DNA of 64,000 nt from Podarcis erhardii. Taxonomy: Eukaryota. Shown here in pieces: positions 34,843 to 44,187 of the stretch. Under the pieces are notes generated by a model. The model was not told the origin of the DNA. It searched no databases and worked only from the letters and a program-made list of their open reading frames with translations. Position 1 is the stretch's first letter; every line of letters starts with the position of its first letter. The stretch lies in NCBI GenBank assembly GCA_964252035.1, contig OZ176200.1; one strand, 5' to 3'. The translations under genes were made by a program, and so were the position numbers.

Positions 34843-37800
34843 GCATTTATGAAAGACTCTCACTGTTAGGAGCTCTCTGTATTAAAATGGCAAGAAGGGA
34901 AGCAGCTGTATCTGCAGTTATTGTGATAATAAATTCCAGAAGGGCAGCTGTTCTTCGCCTGTTGCATCAAAAACAACACAGATTATTGTGGAACCTTAAA
35001 CACTTATTTTTTAAAAAACGTATTGTTGCATATGCGTTAATTTGATTATGATCATTTCCCATCCAGCAGGGGGAGTTGGGTTGTTTGTGAAGTGCTGTTG
35101 TTTTCTCGTTGCAAAGACCGCGCTAAACGAAAACACAATATTATCTTGAAAAACAAGGAAGTGTTTTCGGAACCTCAAGTCAAAGGATAAGAAGCTGACT
35201 CAGCTGCATTGCTGTGAGGCCTCTGGACTTTGACGTTTGACTGGGATTGGAATACGGTATCAGAAGTAAAAATCTTTCAGGCCAGCAGCCATATATACCT
35301 GTGTTATAGTCAAGGCTTTTTCCCCCAGCCAGAACTTGCCAGAACTCCATTCCAGCACCTCTCAGGCGGGCGCCATTGCCATTCTAAGGGAATAAGGGAG
35401 GTGATCACAGTCCCTCTTTTTCAAGAAAAGTAGTCCTGGTTATAGTGAGAGCCAGGTGAAGCTGTAGAGGCTGCTCTATGAGACTCTATTAACCTCAGTC
35501 TGTCCTCAGCCAGCCCTCACCTCAGCCCTGGACTTCTTACTTAGCCTGGGGCCTTCCAGAACCACAAGCCTGTTTTGGCCCAGCAGTATCCTCCTGCTGC
35601 ACATCTGATATCCTATGTGAGGTTAGCTGTGTGGCAGGTAAAGGAGCAGCTGGGCAGAAAGGCTGCCTGCAGTCACCACAGGGCTATGCAAGCCCAGACA
35701 ATCAGCTGATCCTCAGGGCTTGCATGCATAGTGTTGTGTCTTTGCCTGCACAGTTTGATTTCAAAATGCACAGGCAAAAATGGATCATCTGACACTATTG
35801 GGACTTCCCTTACCAGGTTGAGGGTGATCAAGGTCTAGATGGATCCAGCTCCTCCCCACCCCTAGACCAGGGTACACTTCCTGATCCTGGGGGGGCTTTG
35901 GACTACAACTCCCATCATGCTGTGACCATTGGCAAGGCTGGACGGGGCTGATGGGAGTGGCGAAGAAGGGCATCAAGTTGAAAAAGGATGGCGACTAGGG
36001 CATTGCCAATTTGTTGAGCTCCTCTGAATCATGACTCACAGTAAAATGCAAATGTATTATTCTGCTTTTCCTGCTTGTTTTCTGCACACTTGAGTATTCT
36101 AATAGTTTTATCCATCCGGTATAATTTGAAAGGCCAGGATGGATGCCAGCTCCTATCTGCTGGGCATGTTGCCTTGCGATATTTTGCCTTTGAAGACAAA
36201 TATTGCTAACATGATGCTCGCTGGCATTTGTTGACCTGAAAAGCATAATGAATGAATTTTGCTATCTTACAGATGCTGGGATACTCATCTTACATATGCC
36301 CGGTGGCTCATTCAAGGCCCTGTGGTAGTTTCTATTGTTGTAAGTCTGAATTACAATGCCTCTTCTATTTTTGTACCAAATGTTATTTGTCTGTGACCGT
36401 AATAAACAAATTCATGCTATTGCTATAAGTCCATTTCACAGCCGATTTCTGAGATGAAGATCGAACTGAAGAGAGCAAATTTGATGCGTGTCTTTCAAAT
36501 ATGTGAATGTCAATGCCAGCTTTTCATTCTCTTTGCAGATCAATTTCGTTTTGTTTGTTAATATTGTGAGGATTCTAATGAGCAAACTTAGATGGCCAGA
36601 TGGAAGGAACAAGGATTCCAGTCAATACAAGTAAGACAGCTTAAAACAAAAAACAAAAAACCCCTCAGCCTCACACATAAGTACAACAGCAAGAGATACC
36701 TGCGCACAGATGTTTTACCTGTTTGCCTGCAAATATATGCCAAGATATGTATCACCCAGATAAACTTGTCTGATTAGCTGCCTCAAGGACACCCACCCCA
36801 ATAAAATGCCTCCAGGTCTGCTTGTGCTTCTTTTGGAAAGATCTTATTCCCATCTATAGTAGCAGCAACAGAGCACAAATCTGGATGCAAAGCCCTGAGC
36901 GTAGTGTGATGAAAGCTGATGGAGAAAATCCCCATTCCCTCTCTTGTAATACAGTCATACCTTGGTAGTTGAATGCCTTGGTACTCGTCTGTTTTGGCTC
37001 CCGAATGCTGCAAACCCAGAAGTGAGTGTTCTAGTTTGCGGACGTTCTTTGGAAACTGAACGTGCGATGAGGCTTCTGCTGTTTCCAATTGGCTGCAGGA
37101 TCTTCCTGCAGCCAATCGGAAGCTGCACCTTGGTTTCTGAATGTTTTGGAAGTCAAACAGACTTCTGGAACAGATTCCGTTTGACTTCTGAGATACCACT
37201 GTACTTCGGTTAAGGGCCATCCCGTGAAACTGAAGAGGTAGGCGATTCAGGAGAGAGAAAATGAAGCACTTCTTCACACAGCACAGAGTTTAAACTATGG
37301 AATTCACTTCAAGAAGATGCGACGATGATAGCCACTAACTTAGGGGGCTTAGATAGATTCATGGAGGATGTCCATGGTGCCTGCTGCCAATATGTAAAAA
37401 AACAGAAGCTGCAGGAACTTCTGGGACCTAGACCCTGTGACCTGTTGTCTGGCGCTAGTGATATTGCTGATCTTTAAAGGCAGGCCTGCACTGCCCCTGA
37501 AACTTCCCATTGCATTTTCTTCTGGAGGGGATAGTTCTGCCTACAAACTGAGATCAATATGAAGTTCACCCTCTTTAGGCCGTTTCTTCATTTCTGTTTT
37601 GTTCTGTTATCTCTGTCTTTACTCCTAGGAGACTCGCTAAATCCACACTCATCCTCATCCCTCTCTTTGGAGTCCATTACATCATATTTGCTTTCTTCCC
37701 TTTTGATACCACGAACGGCACCATGGAGATTCAAGCTCTGTTTGAAAAAGCCATTGGATCTTTCCAGGTAATCTGTTCCTTGGAAGGTCTTCATCATCTT

Positions 37801-40224
37801 CAGACGAAAGAAGCCCCACCCATCTTTTGCAATCAAAACAGGCTGTGTTGGCAAACCTCCTTAATGTTTTCCAGGCCCCCGGGTGTCTAGAGCAAACAGG
37901 ATGCAAAGAGGTAACTGGAATTCTTAGGTAACTAGGACAGGGGTGCCCAGGGCTTATTGGCTAATGCTTTTTTTTTTTTTTTGGCCCAGGTGCCACATTA
38001 ACACTTGGCAAATCTTTTGTAGGTTGCATGCCAGTGGTGAATATGGTTGCACCACTCTCTCTCATGCATACTTTTACATACACAGAGAGAGCGCAAACAA
38101 ACACAAGCAGACACAGACATTGGCACACAGCCCCCTCCTCCCAGACCTGGGCAGATCAACTGAGGAGGACAGGTTATTACCTTCTTTCCACTGGTCAAGT
38201 GGTTGATTAGATGACTGGGGAGGGAACATTTCTTTATCCCTAACAGGGTGTTGGTCTATGCCCATCCCAGTACTGTCGATTCTCCCCCACCTTTCACCAA
38301 CATAATTGTTGGGTCTTGGGCACTTCATAAATTGGGAGAAGGCAGGTGAGTCTCTAACCCAAACGGGTTTAGCCATGCCTGCTTTAGGAATAAAGTCCTC
38401 CCACAAGGACAAAGGTAGTTAACAGTCTTTCTCTCTTTTTTTTAATGGCACAAGGAATGAAATACACATTCAGGTTGGGCATGATGTAGCCCTCCTCTGC
38501 ATTGGGTTTCTGATTAGACCAAAACCCCAGAGATCCAGTATTTCTCATGGCACCTTGCAGGACCCTCTTTGTAACAAGGACCTGTTCCATCTTGCCCCAT
38601 GCCTCACTTTCTTCTCAGAATGCCCTTGTTGCAAGAAAGACCTGCACGAGTTTGAAAACACTGCAACTACTAAAATATCCAGTTGGTCCAGCAAAGTATA
38701 TCATTTCTCCTAGTGTAACAATCCAATCCTAACCCATGGATCTTTGCCACTGGAGGGGCTTAACATATGGCACAGGTGACAGGGACCATCACTTCTGCTG
38801 CTACTTGCTGTGGTAGCAGAAAGCATAGCACTTGAGACGCTATGCATGGCAGCGTTCGCACAGGTGGTTAACCAGCATGGGCCCCCGAAATGGGGTGTTA
38901 TGGGGTAGGGATAGAGCAGAGCTGACCATGGATCACTGGTTCCAAAGCTGCTCCAGCTTTCTAATCCTGGAGCTCGTGGGAGTGATATGGTAGAAATCCC
39001 ACCACCACCTTCTGCCCTGTCCAGGGGCACCAGCTTCAGGGGGCCGAGCCCTCTGGGGGGGGGCTATGTGTGTGTGATTCCCCCCCTCCCCACTGCACCT
39101 CTCACCCCAGGCTAGTTTGAGGTGGCAGGACTTGTGTGCTGGTCGTGGGGGTTAAACAAGAGGCAAGGTCCAAGTCCAGTCCGTGGTCGATGAAGCAATA
39201 TGAAGGCAGTCTGTAAAAGTTGAAGCTGGGTGTAGGGCAGGGTTCAAGGCAGGAACTGACAACCACCAACATTGCTCCCGCAACTTGGGACTGGGACTGA
39301 CTGGCTTTTATCTGCCCCGAGGCATAGGGTGGCCCCGATCCTCAGGTGACTCGCTTCTCCTGGCCTGGAGGCGAGCACTCCTCCTGTGGGAACTTAGTTC
39401 CTTCCGCCTCTCTGCCCTGAGCCTCTGCAGCTCAGGAGAGGCTGGAGGGTTACTGGACCCAGAGGCAACCCCAGCTTCCTCTGACAGGGCTGAGAGTGGA
39501 GCACCTACTGGCAATGGGTCCTCCATCGCCTCAGGAGCCAGAGCAGACTCAGCTGGTGCCTGCACCTGAGGATCCAGCACAGGTGAGGACCCTTCAGGCT
39601 CATGCCACAACCCTGGCTCAGCTGGTTCTGGAGGCAGGGGATTCTGTGCAGGCTGGGATTCTTCAGGTTCAGCATCTGAATCCGAATTCCAGGCCATCAC
39701 ACCTTGGGATGCAGTAGTAGACAGACCACTCTTCTCTGGCCCTGGTTTAGATTGCTCTGTAAGTCACTCTGTCTTTTCTTCACATCTGGCAGCACACTGC
39801 GTGCCTGGAAGGTCTACATGAGCTTTTTCTTGCTTCTATATTTATTCTGGAGTGCCAACCTGCCACTTCTAGTTGTATATCTCATGACTGACACGGGCCT
39901 CTTTTGTTTTCAGGGCTTTGCTGTGGCTGTGCTTTACTGTTTTCTTAATGGAGAGGTGAGTTTCCCATAGATTGTAATGTACTAAAAATCAAAATATGTG
40001 TTCTTCTTATTTGCATGTTGACCCCATAATGTTTTGTTTAGGTCCAACAGGAGATCCACAGAAAATGGCGGCAGTGGCACTTAAGAAAACACATTCATTC
40101 ACAGAAGCATCACAGCTGCACATTTCCAAATGATGTCAGTGGATTCACCCAGGTGCTGCAGCTGATGAAGCCCAGCCCCCAGGAGGAAAGGGGACCTTCT
40201 GCCCCACATCTGAGTCAAATGTGA
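17021..40224 (+). CDS. SCTR: Secretin receptor (class B1 GPCR), complete 13-exon CDS, 457 aa; join(17021-17065,23431-23557,25464-25574,29152-29270,30553-30650,31688-31823,32781-32934,34237-34297,36273-36339,36539-36630,37629-37767,39914-39955,40042-40224)
   Basis: Total 1374 nt, open frame, all introns GT-AG. Signal peptide; 7 ECD cysteines; class B motifs [61 protein letters not shown]. Exon sizes and phases follow the SCTR/VIPR pattern, and it lies between CFAP221 and TMEM37 as in human. Confidence 0.95.
18591..18954 (+). mobile_element. Sauria SINE, full length, young
   Basis: tRNA-like head GGTGGCGCTGTGG...GGTTCGAATCC, tail CCTTTACCTTT; perfect 14-bp TSD TTAACCCTCCCATT (18577-18590, 18955-18968); many CpGs intact. 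Confidence 0.93.
19340..19990 (-). mobile_element. L1-clade LINE 3' fragment (frameshifted ORF2 C-terminus and 3'UTR)
   Basis: CWKC...HMF-C...FW zinc-knuckle-like motif, then [10 protein letters not shown]...P...W...W in a second frame. Confidence 0.8.
20105..20250 (-). mobile_element. SINE: tRNA-Lys(CTT)-derived head plus CR1 3' tail
   Basis: Head matches recalled vertebrate tRNA-Lys-CTT at 62/73 by hand count; tail ATTCCTGCATTGCAGGGGGTTG...CCCTTCCAATTCTACAATTCT. Confidence 0.82.
20746..20990 (-). mobile_element. hAT MITE (family A), 245 bp
   Basis: Reverse homolog of 2551-2796; 8-bp TSD CCCAATGT (20738-20745, 20991-20998). Confidence 0.9.
22130..22660 (-). mobile_element. L1-clade LINE 3' fragment (second family)
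   Basis: [34 protein letters not shown], followed by a 3'UTR and A-rich end. Confidence 0.8.
23431..23557 (+). CDS. SCTR: SCTR exon 2 (127 nt)
   Basis: [42 protein letters not shown]; two ECD Cys; ctagcag| acceptor and |gtaaaa donor. Confidence 0.88.
23565..23600 (+). repeat. (TG)18 beginning at +8 of SCTR intron 2
   Basis: Direct count. Confidence 0.95.
23915..24156 (+). mobile_element. Tigger-type MITE (family T1)
   Basis: TA-CAGTGGTACCTCAGG...CCTGAGGTACCACTA-TA; internal CTTCAGGTTA subrepeats. Confidence 0.88.
25464..25574 (+). CDS. SCTR: SCTR exon 3 (111 nt)
   Basis: (D)[36 protein letters not shown]; the in-frame acceptor is cctag| at 25463. Confidence 0.93.
26296..26393 (+). mobile_element. 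CR1-like 3' end fragment (GTTCTT tail type)
   Basis: GGCACCTGGTTAGCCACTGTG...CAGGATG...TCTTCTCATGTTCTT; reverse homolog at 53676-53860. Confidence 0.55.
26950..27850 (-). mobile_element. L2-clade LINE RT/C-terminal fragments, interrupted
   Basis: [20 protein letters not shown]...IQKLQLMQN and [17 protein letters not shown] resemble L2 ORF2 motifs. Confidence 0.78.
29152..29270 (+). CDS. SCTR: SCTR exon 4 (119 nt)
   Basis: (G)[39 protein letters not shown]; AGG|gtaagt donor. Confidence 0.93.
30553..30650 (+). CDS. SCTR: SCTR exon 5 (TM1, 98 nt)
   Basis: [32 protein letters not shown](R). Confidence 0.95.
31426..31555. mobile_element. hAT MITE (family D), 130 bp
   Basis: TIRs CATGGGCATAGCCA / TGACTACACCCATG; perfect 8-bp TSD AGCAGATG (31418-31425, 31556-31563). 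Confidence 0.85.
31688..31823 (+). CDS. SCTR: SCTR exon 6 (ICL1-TM2-ECL1, 136 nt)
   Basis: [45 protein letters not shown]. Confidence 0.96.
32781..32934 (+). CDS. SCTR: SCTR exon 7 (TM3-ICL2-TM4, 154 nt)
   Basis: [51 protein letters not shown](G). Confidence 0.97.
33099..33236. mobile_element. Palindromic MITE, PIF/Harbinger-like, partial
   Basis: TTTAAAGCAC...CAAAGAATCCTGGGA / CCCAGAATCCTTTGGGG...TTTAAA...GTACACAGCC. Confidence 0.6.
33608..33849 (+). mobile_element. Tigger-type MITE (family T1)
   Basis: TA-CAGTGGTACCTCGGG...AAGGTACCACTG-TA. Confidence 0.9.
34237..34297 (+). CDS. SCTR: SCTR exon 8 (61 nt)
   Basis: (G)[19 protein letters not shown](G); ctgcag| acceptor and |gtaagt donor. 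Confidence 0.94.
34806..34841 (+). repeat. (CAG)12 microsatellite in SCTR intron 8
   Basis: Direct count. Confidence 0.95.
35311..35438 (+). mobile_element. hAT MITE (family B), 128 bp
   Basis: Perfect 8-bp TSD GTTATAGT (35303-35310, 35439-35446). Confidence 0.85.
36273..36339 (+). CDS. SCTR: SCTR exon 9 (ECL2-TM5, 67 nt)
   Basis: [22 protein letters not shown]; cttacag| acceptor and |gtaagt donor. Confidence 0.94.
36539..36630 (+). CDS. SCTR: SCTR exon 10 (92 nt)
   Basis: [30 protein letters not shown](K). Confidence 0.96.
36952..37201 (+). mobile_element. Tigger-type MITE (family T2)
   Basis: TA TSD; CAGTCATACCTTGG...GATACCACTG; internal palindrome TTCCAATTGGCTGCAGGATCTTCCTGCAGCCAATCGGAA. 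Confidence 0.85.
37629..37767 (+). CDS. SCTR: SCTR exon 11 (TM6-ECL3-TM7, 139 nt)
   Basis: [46 protein letters not shown]. Confidence 0.97.
39135..39701 (-). mobile_element. Solo LTR (567 bp, probably Gypsy/ERV type) in SCTR intron 11
   Basis: TG...CA termini with 8-bp imperfect TIR TGTGATGG / CCAGCACA; 5-bp flanks ACTTG / CCTTG (one mismatch); TATA-like GATAAAAG at 39305-39312. Confidence 0.78.
39914..39955 (+). CDS. SCTR: SCTR exon 12 (42 nt)
   Basis: [14 protein letters not shown]; the canonical 42-nt class B exon. Confidence 0.97.
40042..40224 (+). CDS. SCTR: SCTR exon 13 coding part (helix 8 and C-tail, TGA at 40222-40224)
   Basis: [60 protein letters not shown]. Confidence 0.93.
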   Translation, partial: VQQEIHRKWRQWHLRKHIHSQKHHSCTFPNDVSGFTQVLQLMKPSPQEERGPSAPHLSQM

Positions 40225-40500
40225 TGGATCTTGTTCAGGAAAGAACTAATTGCTCACTTGGAGGGAACTGGAAAGCTCAAGAATTGAGATTATGGATCTG
40301 AAAGCTAAATTTGCCCCTTAATTAGCTGTGCGCGGAGTCTGGCTTTGTCTGTGCCCAGAATCTTTATTATCCCCTGGAGGATTTTTTAATTTTTATTTTT
40401 TTTTACAAAGAAGATGTATGAAGATTTGTTTCCTGGTGGAAGATTCCCTTCTGACTACACCATTCTAAGATGCCATTTTCTAGTGGGATGTGAGTGCCAG

Positions 40501-40506
40501 ATTAAA
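40501..40506 (+). terminator. SCTR: Candidate SCTR polyadenylation signal ATTAAA
   Basis: ATTAAA about 280 nt after the stop, followed by a GT/T-rich tract; not verified. Confidence 0.35.
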
Positions 40507-40829
40507 GGGCTTTTCTGGTTTGTTTTGTACTGCTGAATATTGTGCGGCATTGAATAGTTTGGACAAGACATGACTCATGAGTTGCATTTCCCTGGGGAAA
40601 CATTGTGTTGTCTGGAGACACTTTGTAGAATACAAGCTTTAAAACACACACACACATACACACAGAGCAAAAAATTACACCCTTAACTGGCTGCAGGATT
40701 CAACGATGGATTGTGATCAGCACTGAAACTAGATCTCACAGGTTTGCGGCTTTGGACCTTGGACATTCAGCTGCCATGATGGTTGTGGGAATAATTTTTA
40801 AATTACTTTACTTTCTCAGAAGAGGATGT

Positions 40830-41010
40830 CTCTCTCAGCCCATGTATCTGTTGTTCATGCTTTTGTAATCTTGAGGCTTGACTGCTGTAACGCATTCTGT
40901 GAAGGGCTGCCTTGATGTTTCAAGAATAAGGAAGCTGGGTGCCATATCTATTCTCCATCGTCTACCTTGATTTCCTGTTGTCTTCTGGGGCTAATCCAAG
41001 ATGCCTAGAA
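40830..41010 (+). mobile_element. Degraded L2 fragment
   Basis: GCTTTTGTAATCTTGAGGCTTGACTGCTGTAACGCATTCTGTGAAGGGCTGCC resembles the AFVxxRLDxCNAxxxGLP motif. Confidence 0.55.
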
Positions 41011-42312
41011 AGCCCTAAACATCATGCGTTTTGCATATATTACAGACTACCTTTTCCTCCCATCATACAATGATCTCTTCAATAAGCTGAGAATGCCCAG
41101 CTAATGATATTGGTACCAAACCAGAAAAGACATCAAACACATGCAGAGTGTTATTTGTGGTGGCTGATGTATTACTACTGAACTCTTTCCAGGTAGACTT
41201 GCCAAAGCCAGAGCTAAGTTAGATGTGTTTGCAAGACTGTTCTTGAGCAGATGAGTGGGGTTAATGTGCATTTTTTACCTCCTTTTTACTTTCAATGTGT
41301 TGCATGTCTGTATTTTTTTATATAAACATATAGGTAGATAAACATGGCTTAGTCATAGAGTTGGAAGAGACCTCAAAGGGTCATCTAGTTTGACTGCATG
41401 CCAGTAGAGCTTGAGCCGACAGAACTTCAACTGTATCATGTCCAGCACAAGTGGAACAACGCCACTCTGCCAGGCTGACTAGTGGAGACAATCCCACCGT
41501 TAAAAACTACTTCCAAATGTCAGGCATGTGCATGGGTCGTTGCATTTGCTTTGCTTTCACGGCTGCCTGTGCAAAATGCTTTCTCTCCCCTTCCCTTGGG
41601 GAAATTTGTGCTGCTGCTCATTTGTACCATCTGGATCATGCCCCTGTGTCACATGATGCAACTGCAGGAGCCACAGCTAGCCTGATTGGGGAGGGATGAG
41701 TGTCAGGGACTCCCCCCCCCCCGTTTCTTGGGAGCAATGTGTGCGCATTGAGAAGCAGCAAATTCTTCCTCCTTGGGTGGCAATAGCTAACAAGAAGATT
41801 CCAGCACTTCTCCTTACTCATAGTCTGTGGCTGTGTATTCCTGGCCTTCTCTTCTATTGCACGGAGTTGCAGCCTTGCCCACAGAAGTGCAAGAGCCTTC
41901 AAACTGGTAGAGCGAGCGAGCAAAAAAAGAAAGAATGCATCTGAGGCCTTTTGATTTGCATGTGCAAATAAGGATGTGCACATTTGAGTTCCCCTCTTAC
42001 GGGAACCACATGCAGGTGTTGCTAACATGTGAGATTCCAACATGAACCTACCAGGTAGAAGAAATTCATTAGCAAATGTGACTGACACTGTGAAACTGGG
42101 TTTCAACAGATCCTGGGTATTCATTGCTCGCTAGAGAAAGTAATCATTCCCCGCCCCCCACATTATTGATTTCCTTATGCCTATATATCACTATTAGCTG
42201 CCAGTCACACCCATGCTAAATGGATCTTGATTGGATTCGGCATTCATGCACGTCCTGCATAGTACAGCTTGTATTGTTTGGCCTTTTGACCTCCTCCTGT
42301 AAAAATTGAATA

Positions 42313-42573
42313 CCGTATTTTTTGCTCTATAAGACTCACTTTTTCTCTCCTAAAAGGTAAGGGGGAAATGTGTGTGCGTCTTATGGAGCGAATGCAGGCT
42401 GCGCAGCTGTCCCAGAAGCCAGAACAGCAAAAGGGATTGCTGCTTTCACTGCGTAGCGATCCCTCTTGCTGTTCTGGCTTCTGAGATTCAGAATATTTTT
42501 TTTCCTTGTTTTCCTCCTCCAAAAACTAGGTGCGTCTTGTCGTCTGGTGCGTCTTATAGAGCGAAAAATACGG
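42313..42573 (+). mobile_element. Tc1-mariner (Tc2-like) MITE with internal hairpin
   Basis: TA TSD; TIR CCGTATTTTTTGCTCTATAAGAC / GTCTTATAGAGCGAAAAATACGG; internal inverted repeat CAGAAGCCAGAACAGCAA-AGGGAT. Confidence 0.88.
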
Positions 42574-44071
42574 TACTTTCCCCTCATTTATTTCTTTGCA
42601 GTCAGGGTGCATGTGTATGATCCAAGCACACTTTTTGGTGCCCACTTCATGCATCTGCCAAAGCGGGCTCTGTACTGACTGTGGCAGTTTGTATGACCAG
42701 TTGTCTGAACCAAAATCCAGAATTAAAGCAAAGGACTTATTATCTCCAAATAAGAAATATACCGGTATGTAGAAGCCTCAAACTAAGGATAAGGGGAGTT
42801 GTCACACTTTTCCAACATGCTAGGGTTAAAATAAATCCTGAAAGTAAAATGCCACAGGGGAAGTTACCAAAAAAATCTGAATTAGCATTTCTCTTAACTG
42901 AACGCCGTCATCCATCTTTTCAGAGCTACTGTTTCTTGTCTCACATGAGACCTTGAACAAATTGAAGCATAATATACGTCAGCTGGGACTAAGCCTCTAC
43001 GATGCTCTCTTTTTTATTTTTGCATTGCATTGTGTTAATGATGCATAAATATGCACTCCTTAGTTGTGGTCCAATAGCTTACAGGTCTCCCAGAAGGCTG
43101 CAGTGTGGAGCAAGTAGCCCATTCCTGCTGAAGAGATAATAACAACATCTATTCTGTGTGATAGTTTGAACCATCTAGTTTGTCTGGTGTGATCATTCTG
43201 GACTATCCCTTATTGAACAAATAGTTGTGATGAATCCAAAGCTAAATATTAGGTGAAAACAACATTATACATAGGCAGGTAGGCTTAAACTGAATTGCCC
43301 TCTTCTGCTTCCTCTGGTTGTCATCTTAGCTTCTTTCTAACTCATAATAAACCTTGTGAAATTGGCTGTTGAAGTCCTGTGTGCATTTCTGCCAGGCTGA
43401 AAGGGACTTGCTTTTCTTTTCAACATGCCTAGATCATTTTGGCATCGCACTACACATGCATATGAGTTGGGGATCTGAGAGAAAAGCAATCTGCGTTGGG
43501 TTCAGGGAAGAACCAGGTAAGCTGGATGCTATCCCTGTTTACTGGGAAATTCAGTAATTAACAAAACAAAACATCCCACCTGTACTGCCCACAACCCGTT
43601 TGTGGCATATCAATGACCCATTTACAGTAGCGCCCTTCCAAGTCTGAACTGTTGCAAGCTACTGATGCTGCCGCCTTGAGCCAAAGTACTAATTAAGAGC
43701 CTAAGAATTGCCTGTGGAGTGCCAGACTTTTCTAGTCTGTGGCAGTGGCCAACCGGATGCCCTCGTGAAGCTCCCAAGCAAAGAAAGATGAAGATAGCAA
43801 TTCCTTGCTATTATTCAGCCCTGGGTGTGAATGTGCACCCATTTCCACCATGTGACTATGCACAGTACCAGTTGCATGTGTATCTTTGATTCAAGTTGAA
43901 TATTTTCAAATATAATTTGGTCTCTTCTGCTAAGCCTTCCATGCACTGTATCACTCCGCTCTAGAGAAATGTGTGGCTGTGAGACTGTGCCATAGTCTGT
44001 GTTCCAATAGTCTTCCATTTTCATTTTTGATTTTGGAGGAAAGCTAGGAAACACTCAGTCTGATTCAGTAT

Positions 44072-44187
44072 TATTTACACTGACTGGCAGCCGTCTCCAG
44101 TGTCTCAGAGATGCATCTTTGCTAGTTCTACCTGGAGATGCTGGGGGTTGAATTCGGGTCTGTCTGTGTGCAAAGCATGTCTCTTCC
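44072..44187 (-). mobile_element. Squam2-like SINE fragment
   Basis: CTGACTGGCAGCCGTCTCCAG...CCTGGAGATGCTGGGGGTTGAA. Confidence 0.6.

Noticed and set aside
34524-35045. 173-aa ORF with polyQ
   Set aside because: The polyQ is an intronic (CAG)12 microsatellite next to a repeat tail; there is no splice or homology support.
17021-40224. Calling the receptor a pseudogene or a different class B paralog (VIPR/GHRHR)
   Set aside because: There are no stops or frameshifts and all splice sites are canonical. SCTR-typical motifs ([35 protein letters not shown]) and CFAP221/TMEM37 synteny support SCTR orthology. Function remains untested.
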